Made by a program: the position numbers and the translations under genes. DNA of 56,056 nucleotides, the filler included, from Jimgerdemannia flammicorona (Eukaryota): the NCBI GenBank assembly GCA_003990765.1. It is 3 parts of 3 records of this genome, joined end to end, with 100 filler letters (N's around TTAATTAATTAA, not from the genome) between each part and the next. Parts side by side here need not be neighbours in the genome. Positions count along the whole stretch, not along the records: positions 37,441 to 56,056 come from RBNJ01002160.1; 2 more parts are not named here. One strand, given 5' to 3'. Under the pieces are notes generated by a model. That model was not told the DNA's origin, did no database searches, and worked only from the letters and a program-made list of their open reading frames with translations. Within the stretch, counting starts at the first letter, position 1. Every line of letters starts with the position of its first letter. Shown here piece after piece: positions 51,601 to 56,056 of this stretch.

Positions 51601-53564
51601 TAGTTATAAAAATATACTGTCTATATAATTAATGAGTATTCAGTTATCATTCTACTAGTTGATATAATATTCTATATTAACTATATTGATAAAGCTCTCA
51701 ATATTACTGTTTTTTTTACTAAAGATTGAGATTTACAGAGTCTTGATAGATTTGTTCTATTTAGCTATCTGATCTACTATTTCTACCAGAGCTATTAGTT
51801 ATAAGATCAAAGCTTAGATATAACTATCAATTATTATAGTTATTACTAGAAATACTGTAGAAGTTAATTCTTCTAATGAGGTTTCTACCTGATATGGTTG
51901 AGATACTATATGATTGATTCCCATATAGTAGATTAAATAGGTTAGTGAGAGTAGATAGTACAAATCTTTGAACTAGTAGTTGATCTTATTCAGATATCTA
52001 TAGTTCTTGACTTAACTAGTTACTAAGAATAGCTAGTTGGAATATTTCTAGACCTGCAGTTTCTTATTAGCTATTGTTGTAAATATATTAGAAATATAGA
52101 GTAGAGAAGAAGAGTAGTATTATTTTTATTAATTGCTTGTATATTTATATATTAAGTAATATAACTCAAAGATAATATAGTTATAAAGAATCATATATCT
52201 AAGTCATATTATTAGGATATATAATAATGAGAATTTCAATACTCTTACTCAATAAGATAATATGTAAGAATATAATATAAGTAGAAATATAATAAACTAA
52301 GTATTAACTATAAAATAACTGTAAATATACTAAAAGAATACTATTTATATATATTTAAAATATAAGAAACAGTAGTGAAATTGAAGGATGTAGATAGATT
52401 CTAATAGTAAGAAAACTCTAATATAAAAGAAAAAGAAGAAGAAAAACCAGTAAATAATAATATACATAATATAATACTTAAAGAGAGAGAAATATAGAAG
52501 ATATATTATTTTTTTTTGTTTTCTTTTTATTATAAAATGTCCTGTGATTATCTATTACTAATATATAGTTTTATTACTAGTATATAGTTTACTATAAGAC
52601 TCATTTCTTTAGTATATTACTTAAACTTAGGTCCTAAGAGGACTTTAGTAAGTAAATCTGCTATAATAGAGAATCCAATTTAATAAATAATATCAAATTT
52701 GGATATATTTCTATTAAGTTATTACATTTTGAATTTGGGATAAATATTTCAAATTAAATTAGACTCCAATTCAATTTAATTTGAATTATTCTCAATTTAA
52801 TTTAATTTAAATTAATTTAATTTATTTGGAATTACTACTTCTAGCCTTATTATAAGTATTGATTTTTCTTAAATAATATAGTTTATATACTGACTTCATT
52901 TTTATATTTTAATATAACTAATAGCTTTTCTTTCTTAAGTATTTCTCTATTAATTTTAGATTTTATTAATAATTATTTATATCTATTCTTGTAAAGTTTT
53001 TAATTTATATTATCTTTACTAGATATAGATTTTTTAAAATATCTGTAAGAGTACATCTATATTAATATTGATTTTTCTAGAGTAATAAATAATAATTATA
53101 TTATGAGACTATAGCTTTATAATTTATTTAATATAGATTTCTTTAGATTTACTTATGGTTAGTAGTTAAGTAAGAGATAAATAATCTATCTAGATGATAA
53201 AATATCTTTCTATCAGATAGTAATAAACTTTTCTATAGCTTAGATAACTATAAGATACTCTAATATATAGAATTTATATTTACTTTCTTCTCTGTAAGTT
53301 TCTTAGCTAAGATATATAATTATATATTTTACTTTATTATTGTAATAATTGATTTGAATTAGGAATATAAATCAGGAAAATAGATATTTGATCATAGTAT
53401 CTGAATCTGATTCTCAAATATAGTATAGCCTAACAAATAGTAAATGTTAAAGTTTTAGCAAATGTTAAACTCTTTATAAATGTTAAGATTTTGGCAATTG
53501 TCAAAGATTTAGCAGATGTTGAAAGATTCAATATTTGTAAAAAGTAACTTATAACTAGTGCTCC

Positions 53565-53915
53565 GCAAACCCGACCCGATTAACCCGAAACCCGACCCGT
53601 AAAACAGCCAACCCGGAATTAGACGTCACCCGTCTTTAACCCAACTCGGAATTATATGTCACCTATCTTTAACCCGACTCGGAATTATACGTCACCCATC
53701 TTTAACCCGACCCAGAATTGTACGTCACCCATCTTTAACCCGACCCGGAAAGATACATTACCCATCTTTAACCCGACCTGGAAATGTATGTCACCTGACC
53801 CATTATTTACCCTTAACCCAAACCTGAACCCAACCCCTGAACCCGACCCTGAACCCGACCCCTGAACCTGACCCTGAACCCGACCCCTGAACCCGACCCT
53901 GAACCCGACCCTCTG
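53565..53915. repeat. hAT subterminal repeats: ~5 x 33-bp units, then ~8 x 12-13-bp CTGAACCCGACC units
   Basis: Read directly. The shared core is AACCCGAC. Confidence 0.9.
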
Positions 53916-53959
53916 AACTCTGCTCTGAAAAAATGATTCGGAAAATATTTGGATAATAT

Positions 53960-56002
53960 TCAGAGTAATTGAAAGTGAAAAATATCTGAAGACCACCAAG
54001 AATCCAAATATATGCATGCACAAATTGTATTTACACACAAGCTGTTTCAACGTTCAGTCACTAGCTCACCAGCAATAGAAAAAATACGTTCAGATGGAAC
54101 AGATGTCACTGAAATAGCAAGATAATCGCGAGCCATTCGTGAAAGATTAGGATATACCAACTGATTTCGCTGCCACCAATCCAGTATATCTATACAAGGA
54201 TCAGCTGGATTCTCTGACAAATAACTGAAACAGAGAAATATGAGTAAAAATTAACCAAGCCAATTAAAAAACATAAAAACAACACCCACCATTCAAGCTC
54301 ATCATCCACATCGACGCGCTGTTTCTTCTCATATATTGAGTTGATAAAATCATCAGCATCACGAGATATTGAGGGTATAATGATAGCATTAACAGGCTTA
54401 TACTCCTTTTCCCAGATACGTTCCATCTGATTCTTCCATTCATCAATTAAGGATTTTTTCCATTGCTCACGACAGAAATAATGCATGTTGATACGTGGAT
54501 CTAAGGCCGAAGCTATGCTGTATAATGGTGTCGTCTTGCAGTAATACTTTAGAAGTTTTGTACGTGCATTCTCAGCAGCGGTAAGCATTATCTATAAAAA
54601 ATAAAAATATACACATATTACTTCCCAATTACTTACTAAATTAGTTCCTAAATTCACAAATAAAATTACTTTCAAAATCATATATATACCTGATTAAAAT
54701 GTTCACCAGTTTGATATGTATCGATAACATCTTCGAGGTGATCACATAGCCAATTAAATAGTGGGATAACAGCCGCTATTATAGGATACTTCGAAGCTGA
54801 CATCACAGTTGTCACTTTGGCAAAAGGCTCGAGAAATCGGCAAATCAATTCAAATTGTTGCCATGCATCTTCAGATATATTGCTCATTTGCTTATCCATA
54901 GCACACAATATATCCAAGCCCTATTTGGATGTAATATCAATTTATTTAGTACCAAAATACTTCTGAATTGTATTCCAAAATCTATACAAATAGATTCAAA
55001 ATCTTACCTTACGAATCTCCAGAGCATGCACTAACATTTCATATGTAGAACTCCATCTCATCGTAACATCTAAGAGAGGCTTCAAAATGGGAATTCTGGA
55101 GGATTCACAGACCTTCGTCAGTTGTGCTTGTCATTACGCTAAATTTTTGATCTTCTTTATCAACTCCCATAGCTTTCCAATGGGCTCGCTAAGAGAACCA
55201 AGAGCATCATGAACGACGAGATTCAACACATGCCCGAAACAGCATACATGAGCAAGCAGATGATGGAGATTCTCAAACAGAGTATCGTTGTTACTGGCAT
55301 TGTCACACACAATAGCAATGATTTGATTGTCACTAGGCAATAAATCATCTATTACCAGCTCCAGACTTTTCGTAAGATTGGCACCCGTGTGTTTTATTTC
55401 GCTGATATTCACAAAGTCTAAGATAATGTCATGCATCTTCCAATCACTGTCAATCCAATGGGCTGTTATTCCAAGGAAAGCCTTGATGTTAACGTCCGAT
55501 GTCCAACAATCAAGTGTAAGTGACACCTTCGACTTGAGCCCTGCTAGCCTTGCTTTCACTTGAGTCCACAATAGTTCGAATTTCTTTCGAATAACTCGCG
55601 AAATCGTATCAGCCGATGGAAGGGCCAGATCAGGGCGTAATATATGAAGGAGATACTTGAAGCCAGCATTTTCGATAGTGGAGAATGGCTGATATCCAGT
55701 GACAATGAAGTTGGCAATTAACCGACGGAAATTTTCATCACTTAAAGTCTTGCTAGTGTGTTCCTATTTGTAATAATAAAATTTGATCAATTATTTTTCT
55801 AATAACCTCCTAAGTACTTCCTGAATTCCATTCTATCCATACTCACAATATCATCTTTCTTAGACCAGCGAGGATTCTCAGCATGCTGGAGAGGTAAGAG
55901 CATAGCATTGTGATGCTTCCAGAGATGTCGTTTAAGATTGTTGATATTGCCATCCTTCGATATATAGCTCCAAGTCGTGCAATGGTTGCAACTGATGAGC
56001 TT
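53960..56002 (-). pseudogene. Spliced hAT transposase (BED finger, catalytic core, dimerisation domain) with premature stops
   Basis: Motifs: CNHC...NLKRHLWKHH, LTLDCWTS, DNASNN, CFGHVLNLVV, LDVTMRWSSTY, ASALDPR, WWQRNQLVYPNLSRMARDYLAISVTSVPSERIFS. Introns: 55764-55846, 54921-55007, 54592-54689, 54225-54289. Stops at 55131-55136 and 54047-54049. Confidence 0.93.
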
Positions 56003-56056
56003 ACTTTGTAAATTCTATTTGAATAGAGAGATATGAGACTATATTAGAACCTCAAC

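Larger units (their letters stand above)
53556..56056 (-). mobile_element. Relatively young hAT transposon (runs off window)
   Basis: Terminus TAGTGCTCCG at 53556, AACCCGAC subterminal arrays and a near-intact transposase. Confidence 0.92.

Noticed and set aside
52740..52837. AT-rich segment resembling the 4341-type hAT terminus
   Set aside because: Too eroded, and no partner end or TSD could be identified.
53656..54050. Repeat-peptide ORFs (SPIFNPTR.., GSGSG..)
   Set aside because: These are translations of hAT subterminal DNA repeats.

Overview
Eukaryotic (fungal) DNA made of three contigs joined by artificial 100-bp N/TTAATTAATTAA linkers. The intron-rich genes and element types suggest an early-diverging fungus such as Mucoromycota, but this is an inference. 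Contig 1 (1-18620) and contig 3 (37441-56056) are nested transposon graveyards. They hold three Ty3/gypsy LTR families, intron-containing hAT transposases and foldback hAT MITEs, at very different stages of C->T/G->A erosion. Contig 2 (18721-37340) is a CpG-normal island with four spliced genes: an aldo-keto reductase, an orphan 7-TM protein, an MCT-type MFS transporter and a UBA-UBX-BC-box-LRR protein. The most notable signal is the architecture of two gypsy families. Both encode integrase as a separate ORF overlapping the RNase H stop codon. Family A adds an env-position ORF3 joined by an ATGA overlap. Family B carries a dUTPase between protease and RT, plus a ~275-280-codon ORF inside each 1.5-kb LTR that resembles family A ORF3. 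All calls come from manual reading and translation; no searches were run.
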